Shown here: piece by piece, positions 8,901 through 18,349 of the stretch
Layout: each line of letters starts with the position of its first letter
How positions within the stretch are numbered: the first letter of the stretch is position 1
Assembly: GCA_963835575.1 (NCBI GenBank)
Contig: CAWIGG010000002.1
Coordinates: 1,408,001-1,472,000 of the forward strand
DNA: 64,000 nt
Reading direction: 5' to 3'
From: an uncultured Spirochaetota bacterium
GTDB lineage: Bacteria; Spirochaetota; Brevinematia; Brevinematales; JAOACQ01
Notes under the pieces: model-generated
Database searches by the model: none
What the model was told of the DNA's origin: nothing
Seen by the model: only the letters and a program-made list of their open reading frames with translations
Position numbers and translations under genes: made by a program

Positions 8901-9926
8901 ATGATTGAAGAAGATTTTATTAAAGAATGTTTACGAACTAACTCGAGCGGTAATTTATATCATAGAGAAGGTCAGGAAATTGAATTTAAAGAACAATTCA
9001 ATCTTGCTGGACTTGCTGACTATTTTAGAGACTTTGCGGCTTTTGCAAATAACAAAGGGGGGTACTTAATTTTTGGGGTAACAGATTCACCAAGAAAATT
9101 AAATGGTTTATCTGACACTTCCATAAAACAATTTGAAAAAATAGATCCCGAAAAGATTACAGGATTTTTATTAGAAATATTTTCTGGACAGATTTCTTGG
9201 GAACAGACTATTTTAAAACACAATAATAGATATTTTGGAATATTTAAGGTTTACCCTGCAATTGTAAAACCTATTATTTCAAGAAAAGATGAAGGGAAAG
9301 ATCAAGTTATAAAAAATGGAGAAATTTATTTTAGATATGGTGGTCGAACACAGAAAATCCAGTATTCTGAGTTAGAAAATATAATTAATAAAAGAATTGA
9401 ATATATCAATAAGCAATGGCTTGACCTTATGTCTAAAATTGGAAAAGCAGGACCAAATAATGCAGCAATTCTTGATACAGAAAAATCTGTAATTGAAAAA
9501 GATGATACTAAAATTCTAGTTATTGATGAAGAATTAGCAAAGAAACTGAAATTTATTACTGAGGGTAAATTTTCAGAAAAAAAAGGTGCTCCTGCTTTCA
9601 AACTAACTGGTAATGTTATTCCAATTGATAAAGTTGAAGTTATAAAACATGTGAAACAGTCTTTGATCAAAGACTATCCTTTAACAGCGTTGGAACTATT
9701 AGAAGAAATAAGAAAACAATTACCAAAATGTCAACAAGGTATCATTTATAGAGTTATACGAGAAAATGATCTGAAAAATAACCTGGACTATTCAGCCTAT
9801 AATTTCAGAAGTAAAAAACATGAAGATAATTTTAAAGAAACAGGTAAATTACCATCAGGAACGCCTAGCATTTATAAACAAATAGCAGTAGATTATATTG
9901 TACAATTGATAAAGAATGAAAAATAA
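8901..9926 (+). CDS. Schlafen/AlbA_2 domain protein, low GC
   Basis: REGQEIEFKEQF...DFAAFANNKGGYLIFGVTD and IYFRYGG; uncharacterised C-terminal domain. Confidence 0.85.
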   Translation: MIEEDFIKECLRTNSSGNLYHREGQEIEFKEQFNLAGLADYFRDFAAFANNKGGYLIFGVTDSPRKLNGLSDTSIKQFEKIDPEKITGFLLEIFSGQISWEQTILKHNNRYFGIFKVYPAIVKPIISRKDEGKDQVIKNGEIYFRYGGRTQKIQYSELENIINKRIEYINKQWLDLMSKIGKAGPNNAAILDTEKSVIEKDDTKILVIDEELAKKLKFITEGKFSEKKGAPAFKLTGNVIPIDKVEVIKHVKQSLIKDYPLTALELLEEIRKQLPKCQQGIIYRVIRENDLKNNLDYSAYNFRSKKHEDNFKETGKLPSGTPSIYKQIAVDYIVQLIKNEK

Positions 9927-10012
9927 AATAACTCAATATAAAATTCTTGTTATCCGCGAATAGTATAATAGAAGAGAGTTAAATTATTTTTAGAATCATT
10001 AATTTTATTTTT

Positions 10013-10546
10013 AATCCTGTTCATCCTGACATATCCTATAAATCCTGCCGAATTGGGGTCAATACAACAATTTCAATCAAATATAAATAGATCCTTATAG
10101 AAATATTCCCGTCATTAGACAAATAAGTAAACCCTCATTATTATTATGAATAATAAAAGGAGCTCATCATGGAAGAAGGTATGTCCATCCAGGTCCAATT
10201 CACTCCCGAAGAAACCCCATTTTACAATAATATACAAAAGCATTGCACGGATAAAGGGATCAGCGCCTCAAATTACATCAAGGAACTGCTGAAAAGAGAC
10301 CTGGGATGGGGCCGGTTCATGAAACGGAGAAAACCGCGCACGGAGGAGTAATAAAACACCTTATAAATATCGACCCCAATTCCACAGGATTATCAGGATC
10401 ACTCAAGATTTTCAGGATTATTATTTGGAATCTTCAACTGTTTTTTTTTATCCTGTGAATCCTATATTATCCTGAAAATCCTGACCGAATTGGGTTCAGT
10501 ACAACAATTTTAATCAAATAAAAATTGATCATTCATAAAAAATATT
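10013..10546. repeat. ATCCTG-periodic repeats: about 95-bp direct repeats (10013-10107, 10449-10546) plus an inverted copy (10373-10420)
   Basis: ATCCT units every 9-10 nt followed by CCGAATTGGG.TCA.TACAACAATTT.AATCAAATA in both direct copies. Confidence 0.8.
10169..10351 (+). CDS. Small ribbon-helix-helix-like / antitoxin-like protein
   Basis: AAGGAG RBS; SIQVQFTPEE...GISASNYIKELLKRDL resembles the RHH pattern. Confidence 0.55.
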   Translation: MEEGMSIQVQFTPEETPFYNNIQKHCTDKGISASNYIKELLKRDLGWGRFMKRRKPRTEE

Positions 10547-10647
10547 TTGTCCCCCGGGCGTAGCCCACCCCCCAACCCCGTTACCTTTCTGTGAAATCTG
10601 TGGTTAACTCCCGAACCCCTTCCCGTCTTCCTGTGAAAAAAATTTTA

Positions 10648-12381
10648 TTAAATCTTCCTTATAAATTCAAAATTGGTGATCCTTACTTCCGGATACCCCT
10701 CGCTGTCTTTCACAATATCCCCTTTCGGATCATAGACAATGATCAGATCATTTATTTGAAGGAAGGAGCCGTCATAGCCTATATTTTTCAATTTCCCGAC
10801 GACCATTCCGGTGAGGTTTTTAACCTCCGCTTCGCTGAATACTCCGTTGCGGATCGCCTTCATCAGATCGACCGGCCTGCACAACCGGCCCTTCTGCTGT
10901 GCGACCCATTCGTCCGGGCCGTTGTAATAGCCGCGGATGGTGATATAATTGTGCTCCATGCTTAAAGCCGGCTGGCCGTCCGGGCAGAACAGGCCGCTGT
11001 GGGACTCAAAGCGGCCCATGTCTTCCGACTTCTCCTGCTTGACGCCTCCCGTCATATAGACCGCGCGCATATAGACCGCCGGGACGCCGTTATTATTTAA
11101 ATAAAGCGCGATCGCGGACTCCTCGAAGGGGCTGTTGAACCCTGGCTCGATCATCAAGGAGGATCCTTCTTTATCAGGGACCGGATGCGGGATCTCCCCG
11201 ACACGCGAGGCTTTCCAGACGATATGGATATTGTCCTTGGTAACGGTATAAAAAATATCATTGTTCTGCGATAATTTCCAGTGGTGCGTTTTCCTCCACC
11301 GTTCGGGCAGGAAATAGTCGAACAGGTTCGGGTTCCTTCCCACCACCCACAGGAGGCCTCCCGTGCTTTCCACATGCCCGTAAATATAGGGCACATCGAA
11401 TATTTCCATGCCGCTTAAATAAGACGGGAGTGCGACTTCCTTGAACCTGTCCCTCTGGTCGTCAAGATAGGTATGCCGGCGCATGCTCTTCACGTATTCG
11501 TCATGCCCAGGAGTACGGATCAGAAGTTCGTAATCCACCACGGAATAATCCCTCTTTTCTATTAAATCCATGAGAAATACCCTCTGTTTTTCCCGGGACG
11601 CCGGATTACTTTTGCAGTCTATTAAGTTGAGCCTCTGCATATTCTCTTCACCTATGATGATATGGGACGGCTTCATATCGGCTTCCACATATCCCTTTTT
11701 ATCCAGATCGGCGATGACTTTCTGAGTGATGGGGGCCAGGTTCATCTCCAGCTCGGCGCCCTGGATCCCGATTTCCTTGAAAGCCTCCACTATGTTTTTC
11801 CCTTTTATCCAGCCGTAAATCAATTTATACTGCTTCAATATGTCGATGTCGATACCGGGATGTTTGTTGATGACGCTGTTGACCTTGTAAACGGACCTCC
11901 CGCTCTGCCAGAGCTGCATTTTTTCGGGCGGGACATAAATGGCCAGCGGGTACTGCGTTCTGATCATGATATCGCCGGGGCCGTATTCGCCTTCCCTCAT
12001 TTCCATCACCATGGCGAATTCTTCCCAGGGACTGTTGAATTCCGCGTTGATGAATTCCAGCAGCGTATGCGTATCGAGAGGCACATCCTCGCCGAAACGC
12101 GAATTCCTGACAACCAGGTCCAGGCTTTTCCCGTCAACTTCCTTTGTCTTTAATTTATAGATCGAACTCGTGCCTTGCAGTTTTTCCCGGTGGGCCTCGA
12201 ACCATTCTTTTTCATACCAGTTTTCGATTTCAAGCAGGTCCGAATACTGCAGGCCGTATTGGGTCAGATAGATGTCCCCGCCGTCGCTTGTCTTATGGTG
12301 GGCGTAGACAATGCCCAGGATATGGATCAGCTCCTCCGGCATAGATATCAGCGCCGATTGAAAATCTTTTTCAAACTGCAT
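10648..12381 (-). CDS. Protein with two tandem atypical (RIO/Kdo-like) kinase-like domains
   Basis: Internal duplication (SRFGE...FNSPWEE vs SRVGE...FNSPFEE); ADMKPSHII and VVDYE in domain 1; INDLII and ITNFE in domain 2. Confidence 0.65.
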   Translation of the reverse strand: MQFEKDFQSALISMPEELIHILGIVYAHHKTSDGGDIYLTQYGLQYSDLLEIENWYEKEWFEAHREKLQGTSSIYKLKTKEVDGKSLDLVVRNSRFGEDVPLDTHTLLEFINAEFNSPWEEFAMVMEMREGEYGPGDIMIRTQYPLAIYVPPEKMQLWQSGRSVYKVNSVINKHPGIDIDILKQYKLIYGWIKGKNIVEAFKEIGIQGAELEMNLAPITQKVIADLDKKGYVEADMKPSHIIIGEENMQRLNLIDCKSNPASREKQRVFLMDLIEKRDYSVVDYELLIRTPGHDEYVKSMRRHTYLDDQRDRFKEVALPSYLSGMEIFDVPYIYGHVESTGGLLWVVGRNPNLFDYFLPERWRKTHHWKLSQNNDIFYTVTKDNIHIVWKASRVGEIPHPVPDKEGSSLMIEPGFNSPFEESAIALYLNNNGVPAVYMRAVYMTGGVKQEKSEDMGRFESHSGLFCPDGQPALSMEHNYITIRGYYNGPDEWVAQQKGRLCRPVDLMKAIRNGVFSEAEVKNLTGMVVGKLKNIGYDGSFLQINDLIIVYDPKGDIVKDSEGYPEVRITNFEFIRKI

Positions 12382-12626
12382 TAAAACATCCTATTATTAT
12401 CTTAAATTTACCATGGTCCAATAAGTTTGACATGATGTGGGAAAAAAATCAATGCGGATGGAAAATCGATATATTCATAAGCAGGATCCGAGTTCAGTAA
12501 AATCAAATGCCTTCTCACCCCGCGGTATTATGAATTACAGCACTCGGATTGAAGCCTTAATATTGTGTTTTTTTACCCCGAGGATTATAATTTCCATTAT
12601 AATCATATCCTGTTTCAGGGGGGGGG

Positions 12627-14033
12627 ATGGTTCCCTGGATTTATCCCTTTATTATATTTATCCTTTCATCGGCTTTATTGTCAGGCCTTGCGTTTTACGG
12701 ATGGCGGAGCGGACTTCTCATTGCCAGGAAAGCCTTTTCCCTGCTGATGCTGTCTTTCGCGATTTACTTTTTCGGCGGGGCAATGGAACTCATCTTCCCC
12801 GGTCTGCCGGGCAAACTTTTCTGGAATAATTTCGCATATATCGGTATAGTTTCCGTCGGCCCATGCTGGCTGGCCCTGGCATTGCTTTATAGCGGAAAAC
12901 AGCGTTTTCTAAATAAAGGAACGATTTTACTGCTTTTCCTGATACCTTTGACGACATTGATATTAAAATATACCGACGGCTTTTTTCATCTTGTTTACAA
13001 AACGGTTGACATCGACATGCAAAGCCCTTTCCCCATTGTCGTTTTCACAAGGGGTTATTGGTACTGGGTCCAGATAATATTCACGAACGCATGCGCTTTG
13101 ATCGGGAGTATCCTTGTCATCATAGTATTTTTCCAATCCGCAGCAATATACAGGAAGCAGGCAGGGATCATGCTGATTGCGACTTTGGTCCCATGGGCCG
13201 CCTTTATCATTTACCTATCATTTCACTTTTTACATGGGGTGGATTTTATCCCCATCCTGCTGGCAATTGACGGGCCGCTTTATGCTTTAGGACTGATCAG
13301 GTACCGCTTGTTCGATTCTGCACCGCTGACATGGAAAAATGTTCTGGATACCATCACAAATCATATGATAATCCTGAATAACGACGGCCGCATTGTCGAT
13401 TTTAATCCCGGTTCGCAGAAACTCTTCAAGGAATTAAATAAAAAAAGTATTGGGACACCCTTCGGAAATATTGCTTCCGGTTTTCCAGAAATTCAGAAAT
13501 TGATAGAATCTCCGGACCGTTTTCAGACGGATATCAGAATAGATTCTCCGGACGGCACACGATTACTACGGTCACAGGTATTTTATATCCGGGACCACAC
13601 GGATCAGATAACCGGGAAAACCATCGTGATAAATGACACCATTGTAAAGTATAAAAAAAACTATTACGACCGGGAATCGCTGACACGGGATTTTAATGAA
13701 ATAGAAAAAATCATGGAAAAGGAAAAGCTCTACCTCAACCCGGAATTGACCCTTCCGGGACTTGCCGATCAGCTAAAAATCCCCCGCAACCGCCTTTCTT
13801 ATATATTGAATGAATACAGGAAACAGAAATTCTATGATTTTCTCAACACATACCGTATCGGGGAAGCAAAACGGCTGATGACGACAGATCTGTATGCCGG
13901 CAATATTCTTCGAATCGCATTCGAATCCGGCTTCAATTCCAAAACAACTTTTTATACGGCTTTCAAGAAAATCACCGGGACGACCCCGTTGGAATTCCTT
14001 TCCAGCCTGAAAAATAAGCCCGGGCGGGATTAG
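12627..14033 (+). CDS. Membrane-bound AraC regulator (HisKA_7TM-like N-terminus, PAS, AraC HTH)
   Basis: About 7 hydrophobic segments; GRIVDFN PAS; LYLNPELTL..LA and IAFESGFNSKTTFYTAFKKITGTTP. Confidence 0.88.
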   Translation: MVPWIYPFIIFILSSALLSGLAFYGWRSGLLIARKAFSLLMLSFAIYFFGGAMELIFPGLPGKLFWNNFAYIGIVSVGPCWLALALLYSGKQRFLNKGTILLLFLIPLTTLILKYTDGFFHLVYKTVDIDMQSPFPIVVFTRGYWYWVQIIFTNACALIGSILVIIVFFQSAAIYRKQAGIMLIATLVPWAAFIIYLSFHFLHGVDFIPILLAIDGPLYALGLIRYRLFDSAPLTWKNVLDTITNHMIILNNDGRIVDFNPGSQKLFKELNKKSIGTPFGNIASGFPEIQKLIESPDRFQTDIRIDSPDGTRLLRSQVFYIRDHTDQITGKTIVINDTIVKYKKNYYDRESLTRDFNEIEKIMEKEKLYLNPELTLPGLADQLKIPRNRLSYILNEYRKQKFYDFLNTYRIGEAKRLMTTDLYAGNILRIAFESGFNSKTTFYTAFKKITGTTPLEFLSSLKNKPGRD

Positions 14034-14081
14034 TTGACAACTTGTCATTGACACAAACTCGTGCGTTTTTCTTGACTCAAT

Positions 14082-17000
14082 ATGCATGTTAAGATAGAGT
14101 ATTTTTACATATTTATGATTTTTCCGAAATTTACCGGTTTTGTAAGCCGGAATATTATCACCTTCATTGTCTGTCTAATTCCGATTTTTGTCACAGCCAT
14201 TATCACTTTTTCCTACCACTTTCCTGAAAAGTACAGAAAACACACGATCGATCTGACTGGTTCCTGGAAGATTCATGAGGGGACAAACGACGCATGGACC
14301 GGCCCGGATGTCCGGGACGCGGGCTGGAAGGATTTCAATTTTCCCGGCAGCTACTACGATCAGGGCTTCAGGGACATCCATGCGACGATCAGAAAAAGTT
14401 TTACTCTGAACGAAAATCTTAAGGACAAGGATCTCTTCTTTACGATCGGGATCACATCGGGATTGATGGGCGCTATAGCCATGAACGGCCATATGATCGG
14501 CGAGACGGGATATATCGTCAACAATAAAAAGACGCATGAAAACAATGGATTTTACGGATTTTTCATCAACAGGGAGTTTCTCTTTCAGGACAAAACGAAC
14601 GTGCTGGCCCTGCAGCTCGAAAATGAGACGCCGGGCTACGACGACCTGGTGGACCCGAGAACGCTTCTCGGAAATGCCGAATACCTGAAGCCGTATTATG
14701 AAAACTGCAGGTTCGTCTACAGTTTCTTCCAGTACGGCATCAGTTTAGCAGGCTTGGTTATCCTGATTATCCTAATGCTTCTTACCATAACCGAATGGAC
14801 ATCCCCCGACAGATACAAATATCTTTCGGCCATGGTCCTGGTCTTTTCTGCTTTTTTATTCAATCTGGTCTTTTCCACCTCTTTCCTGAGGTATTTCGCG
14901 GATTTCCGGCTTCTCAGCAGGCTGCTGCTTTCTTCGATTTCTTTCATTGCCGTTGCATCTTTGTATTTCTTACAGTGGTATTTTCTAAAAAAAACCAACC
15001 TGATCACTAAAATAAGCCACGTTATCTGCATTTCCGTTATAATCTCCTACTTTTTAATCGGCGATTTCGAAGTCATCAACGACATTTACAAATATTTTAT
15101 CGGTTATTTTTTCCTGCTGATCATTTATATGTGCGCCATTTCGGTCAGGGGAACGGTATTATCAAAAAGCAGGAGAGAAGGGATCATCATAACGGCTTGT
15201 TTCATAATAGCGAGTTTATCGGGCATTTCGGATTTTCTGACCGACCTCCATCTGATCGATATGCCCTATATATTCAATGTCAACATCTCCATTGTCATCT
15301 TGATCGCTTCCACAGTCATCATAGCGCAGTTTGCCAATATCAGCCTTACCAACAGGACCCTGGCGGCGGAGCTGCAAAAGCTCAACTATTCCCTCGAGAA
15401 CAAGGTCGCGCAGAGGACGGCGGAACTGAGCGAGGCCTATGAAAAGCTCAAATCCCTCGACCATGCAAAAAACGAGTTTTTTTCCAACATCTCCCATGAA
15501 TTCCGGACGCCTTTGACCCTTCTCCTGGGACCGGTGGATTCCATTCTCGCAGGAGAATACGGTCAAGCCCTGCGCCGGGATCATGAAATCTTTTCCGTCA
15601 TGCGGACCAACATCATAAGACTCCTGAAGTTGATCAACAATCTCCTGGATTTTTCCAGAATCGATGCGGGAAAAATGCAGCCCCGGAAAGTCGGAACGGA
15701 TGTTTCGTCGCTTCTCGAATTTTTTGCGTCGTCGGTGGAATCCTCTGCAAAAAGCAGGGGGATATCTTTTGTTTACGACGACAGGACGGAAGGCATAAAC
15801 GCCGTACTGGACCCTGACCTTTTTGAAAAAGCGGTTTTCAATCTGATTTCCAACTCATTCAAATTCACTCCCCCCGGCGGCACGGTCATCCTCCAGCTGG
15901 ATGCCCGGATTCCGGAGGACGGAAAAGAAGGAACATTTTCCGTTTCGGTCAAGGATACGGGCATCGGGATACCTGAGGACAAACTGGATTATATTTTCGA
16001 GCGCTTCGCTCAGGTTGACAGTTCCGTATCGAGGAAATTCGAGGGGGCAGGGATAGGCCTTGCGCTGGCAAAGGAAATAGCGGAAATGCATAAAGGAAGG
16101 ATCAGCGTGAAGAGCGCGGAAGGAAAAGGGGCCTGTTTTATCATGACATTCCCTTATAAAGATTCCATTGAGACAAAAGACAATGAACCGGAGGATTTTG
16201 CTGTCAGGGAATGGAACCTTGCGGACATAGCCATGATGTCCGATGCCCCTCCCCTTCCGGCCGCAGATTTAAATCCGGGCTCCCCACCGGACAGCAAACC
16301 AGAAATTCTCGTAGTCGAGGACAATTCCGGAATGCGGCAGTTTTTGTCCGGAATTCTATCCCCGGATTACGGCGTCCATACGGCGGAAAACGGAAAACTC
16401 GGTCTCGAGCTGGCCCTCCGGGTAAAACCAGACCTGGTCCTGGCCGATGTGATGATGCCGGTCATGGACGGGTATGAGATGACGGCAAGGATCAAATCGG
16501 AGCCTTCACTGAAGGGGATCCCGGTAATCCTCCTGACCGCCAAGGCCGATGAAAAGATGAAGCTGGAAGGATTCGAGAAAGGAGCCGACGATTATGTGAT
16601 AAAGCCGTTCTCATCGCCCGAGCTCCATGCGAGAATCCGTGCCTGCCTGGAGATGAAGCGTCTGAGGGATGAAGCCTTTCAAAGGCAAGCCATGCTCGAA
16701 AAGACGCTGAAAGACAGGGACGCCGCCCAAAAACGGTTTCAGGAGACAGCCGAGCTGTTGCCAGGCGCCATTATCGAAACGGATACCGGTGGAAGGATCA
16801 CGTTTATCAACAGGGCGGGACGAGAGATGCTCGGCTATAGCGGCGCCGGGGATTTGCCTTATGCCGCTTTTCCCGATTTCATATCCGTGATAGATCGGGA
16901 AAGATGGAAAACGGAAACCGCCGGAAAAGATACGGACCTCAAGCCGTACCGGCTCCGCCGGAAGGATTCCTCGGAAACTGTTGTTTTATTAAAATTCTGT

Positions 17001-17342
17001 TCCTTTAAAGAGCGGAAAGGTTTCGCAGGGATGCGGATCATCGCGATCAACGTCAGGCCTTTTTTTGAATCGCTGAGAAAGCCTGATGAAATATTTTTTG
17101 AACCTTACGGCCTGACAAAGAGGGAAAAGCAAAGCATCGAACTGGTCATATCCGGGCTTTCCAACCGCGATATCGAGGAAAAACTCTGCATATCGAAAGA
17201 CTCCCTCAGGGTTTACCTGAAAAACGCCTATGATAAGATGGGAATATCCGGTGAAGGGCGCGGCGGGCTCGAAAAGCTTTTACGGGAACATAACCGGAAA
17301 AGGTACGGTTTCGGCGATTTTCTGGAAGAATTTATAAACTGA
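14082..17342 (+). CDS. Hybrid sensor histidine kinase (sugar-binding-like periplasmic domain, 7TM, HisKA, HATPase, REC, PAS, LuxR HTH)
   Basis: IDLTGSWK; FFSNISHEFRTPLT; NLISNSFKFT; GAGIGLALA; DVMMPVMDG; GLTKREK...GLSNRDI. The start may be a later Met. Confidence 0.9.
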   Translation: MHVKIEYFYIFMIFPKFTGFVSRNIITFIVCLIPIFVTAIITFSYHFPEKYRKHTIDLTGSWKIHEGTNDAWTGPDVRDAGWKDFNFPGSYYDQGFRDIHATIRKSFTLNENLKDKDLFFTIGITSGLMGAIAMNGHMIGETGYIVNNKKTHENNGFYGFFINREFLFQDKTNVLALQLENETPGYDDLVDPRTLLGNAEYLKPYYENCRFVYSFFQYGISLAGLVILIILMLLTITEWTSPDRYKYLSAMVLVFSAFLFNLVFSTSFLRYFADFRLLSRLLLSSISFIAVASLYFLQWYFLKKTNLITKISHVICISVIISYFLIGDFEVINDIYKYFIGYFFLLIIYMCAISVRGTVLSKSRREGIIITACFIIASLSGISDFLTDLHLIDMPYIFNVNISIVILIASTVIIAQFANISLTNRTLAAELQKLNYSLENKVAQRTAELSEAYEKLKSLDHAKNEFFSNISHEFRTPLTLLLGPVDSILAGEYGQALRRDHEIFSVMRTNIIRLLKLINNLLDFSRIDAGKMQPRKVGTDVSSLLEFFASSVESSAKSRGISFVYDDRTEGINAVLDPDLFEKAVFNLISNSFKFTPPGGTVILQLDARIPEDGKEGTFSVSVKDTGIGIPEDKLDYIFERFAQVDSSVSRKFEGAGIGLALAKEIAEMHKGRISVKSAEGKGACFIMTFPYKDSIETKDNEPEDFAVREWNLADIAMMSDAPPLPAADLNPGSPPDSKPEILVVEDNSGMRQFLSGILSPDYGVHTAENGKLGLELALRVKPDLVLADVMMPVMDGYEMTARIKSEPSLKGIPVILLTAKADEKMKLEGFEKGADDYVIKPFSSPELHARIRACLEMKRLRDEAFQRQAMLEKTLKDRDAAQKRFQETAELLPGAIIETDTGGRITFINRAGREMLGYSGAGDLPYAAFPDFISVIDRERWKTETAGKDTDLKPYRLRRKDSSETVVLLKFCSFKERKGFAGMRIIAINVRPFFESLRKPDEIFFEPYGLTKREKQSIELVISGLSNRDIEEKLCISKDSLRVYLKNAYDKMGISGEGRGGLEKLLREHNRKRYGFGDFLEEFIN

Positions 17343-17398
17343 CTGATTATAACACTTCATTTCAAGACTCATCTTTAACCTTATTTCCATATCAACCG

Positions 17399-17469
17399 TT
17401 TCACCCCTCAGGGGTGAAAAAAAACACCGCCAAGGGGTAATGACAAACCGCATACGGCAACTTTATAAT
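17399..17469 (+). promoter_or_regulatory. Palindromic operator TTTCACCCCT-C-AGGGGTGAAA, a second imperfect site and a sigma70-like promoter
   Basis: IR at 17399-17419; CACCGCCAAGGGGTA at 17425-17439; ATGACA at 17440 and TATAAT at 17464 (18-bp spacer). Confidence 0.6.
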
Positions 17470-17689
17470 CATTCATCCTTAACCGGATAGGGATATGCCT
17501 CCGGGAGAGACGGCGGCGCGGGCCTTTTCGTCCCGGCGACTGTCCCTTTGCATTTTCCATTAAACGGAATGAAGAGGGTTTATGTTCCGTCTTTTCTGAC
17601 TTTCTTGCCCGGACGGATGGCTTCGGACGGCACTATTTCATTAAGGAAAATGAATGCTACTTTTTTTGTACGAATGAGGAGAGGGATAT

Positions 17690-18138
17690 ATGAATAAAAT
17701 CTTTATCGGGCTTCTGACGATTGTTTATATATGCATAATGACTGGATGTTCCCAGGCGCCGGGGAATTCCAATGGAAATTCATCCGGTAATATTTCCACC
17801 AGTTGCAATGTCAGTTCAGGTTCTTCGTCAAGTTCTTCAGTTAATTTTAATTGTAACTTTATAAAGGTTGCCGGAGGATGGGTGCATAGCCTGGCATTGA
17901 AGAATAACGGTACGTTATAGGCGACAGGATATAACGGATGTGGTGAACTGGGCACAGGGAATACTAATAATACCAATAACTGGGTACAGGTTTTAACCGG
18001 CGTCAGTTCCATTGCTGCAGGTATGGGGCATAGTTTGGCGCTGAAGAGCGACGGCTCATTATGGGTACAGGATATAACCTTTATGAGCAGCTCGGTACGG
18101 GGAATAATAACAGCACCAACTTCTGGATAAAACCATAA
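17690..18138 (+). pseudogene. RCC1-repeat lipoprotein pseudogene
   Basis: Lipobox TGC; VAGGWVHSLALKNNGTL*ATGYNGCGELGTG (TAG 17918 where W is expected), IAAGMGHSLALKSDGSLW, then a frameshift near 18065. Confidence 0.85.
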
Positions 18139-18246
18139 TTTATCCCCTCCTGAAGTTTTAGTGATCAATTACGGAGGATACGGCTGAAACGTAAAATCAA
18201 TAATTTTAACACCTTGAAGATAGATGTTATACCACCTGCCGGGATT

Positions 18247-18318
18247 GCCGGCCGGAAATATTTTAGTCCGGGCGGGTAGCGCCGGACGACAAATAAAATA
18301 TTTATGTTAAAATAATCG
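18247..18318 (+). promoter_or_regulatory. Conserved lipoprotein-gene leader element, copy 1
   Basis: 18247-18291 matches 19794-19838 at 44 of 45 nt; contains a GTCCG..CGGAC hairpin. Confidence 0.65.
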
Positions 18319-18349
18319 CGGAAAGTCACTAAATTTATGGAGGTGTAAA

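Noticed and set aside
17480..17560. Riboswitch in the lipoprotein-array leader
   Set aside because: It can form a long hairpin, but I recognise no known aptamer consensus; an Rfam search is needed.
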